From Pelomyxa schiedti (taxonomy: Eukaryota > Protista > Evosea): a DNA stretch of 64,000 nt. The notes beneath the pieces were generated by a model. That model saw only the letters and a program-made list of their open reading frames with translations, made no database searches and was not told where the DNA came from. Of this stretch, positions 63,401-64,000 are shown piece by piece (position 1 is the stretch's first letter; each line of letters starts with the position of its first letter). The position numbers were made by a program, and so were the translations under genes. The stretch lies in NCBI GenBank assembly GCA_020536535.1, contig JAHLWZ010000871.1, positions 1,089-65,088 of the forward strand. The letters run 5' to 3'.

Positions 63401-64000
63401 ATGTGCCGCTGCGAGTGCCCAGGGGCCCAGTACCAGGGCACGGCGCTGCCGTCTGCGCGAGGCTCGCGAGGGTGGCCTGCGGGGAGGCGATACTGTCCGC
63501 CTGCGGCAGCGCAGCTGGCGCGGCTCGTCGGTTACGAGGCTTCGGGGAGCCTCCCTCGCGAGACTGCCCTTGAGGTGGCACTCAAGTCGGGCCATTTGGA
63601 GTTTCCGACCATGCTGACGAGCCCAAAGTGGGGAAGGGATGTTGTGGAAGCCCTGGACCGGATTGCAAGGCACATGGAAGATGATAACCCGGCGTGTCAG
63701 CGACGAGCATCGCGCCCAGGTCGTTGCTTATGGCGGTCCTGAGAGGCATTCTCTCGATACTGCCTTTGATGTGGCACTTGGGTCTGGGCATTTGGAGTTC
63801 GCGAAGATGTTGACAAACCCAAAGTGGGGAAGGGATGTCGTGGAAGCTCTGGACATTAGGTCGCCTATAGCAAGGCACAGGAGAATCGGCGACCCGGCGG
63901 TGTTCAACTTCTTGTGTGAAGTGTTCACCCAGGGATTGCAGGATGCGTTTGTTGATGGGCGGGATGAATACAAGGAGGTGATAATGAACCACCCAGCATT
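63401..64000 (+). pseudogene. Frameshifted ankyrin-like gene fragment with a tandem duplicated segment; runs off the window
   Basis: ETALEVALKSGHLEFPTMLTSPKWGRDVVEALD (~63560-63658) and DTAFDVALGSGHLEFAKMLTNPKWGRDVVEALD (~63756-63854) lie in different frames. Confidence 0.55.

Overview
Gene-dense, intron-rich eukaryotic DNA with short (mostly ~35-110 nt) GT-AG introns and the standard genetic code. The gene content (a Roco protein, a CudA-like factor, a serpin, an axonemal dynein) points to a flagellated amoebozoan, possibly a Pelomyxa-type archamoeba; this identification is inference. About 19 intact genes can be reconstructed by hand: a bacterial-type class-V PLP enzyme, a PH-SH3 adaptor, a histidine phosphatase, RPS15, a dual-specificity phosphatase, a CudA-like TF, an orphan ~7-TM protein, XPF/ERCC4, a DNAH10-like dynein heavy chain, a PB1 protein, WBP11, a serpin, a bacterial-type MFS exporter, an LRR-NDP-kinase fusion, a tail-anchored coiled-coil protein, a giant Roco (RI-LRR-Roc-COR-kinase-WD40-pseudokinase), COMMD7, a receptor with tandem periplasmic-binding-protein-like domains, and a biotin protein ligase. 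There is also a deleted Sola-like transposase, an orphan Rap exon and two decayed genes. The most striking structure is at 41.6-55.2 kb: two nearby genes in which each leucine-rich repeat is its own symmetric phase-1 exon (69 nt or 84 nt), joined to almost intron-free enzymatic cores. Splice signals are also unusually relaxed (about half of the confidently placed acceptors in the Roco LRR array are AAG). No rRNA, tRNA or CRISPR array was seen. All exon structures are manual predictions without RNA evidence.
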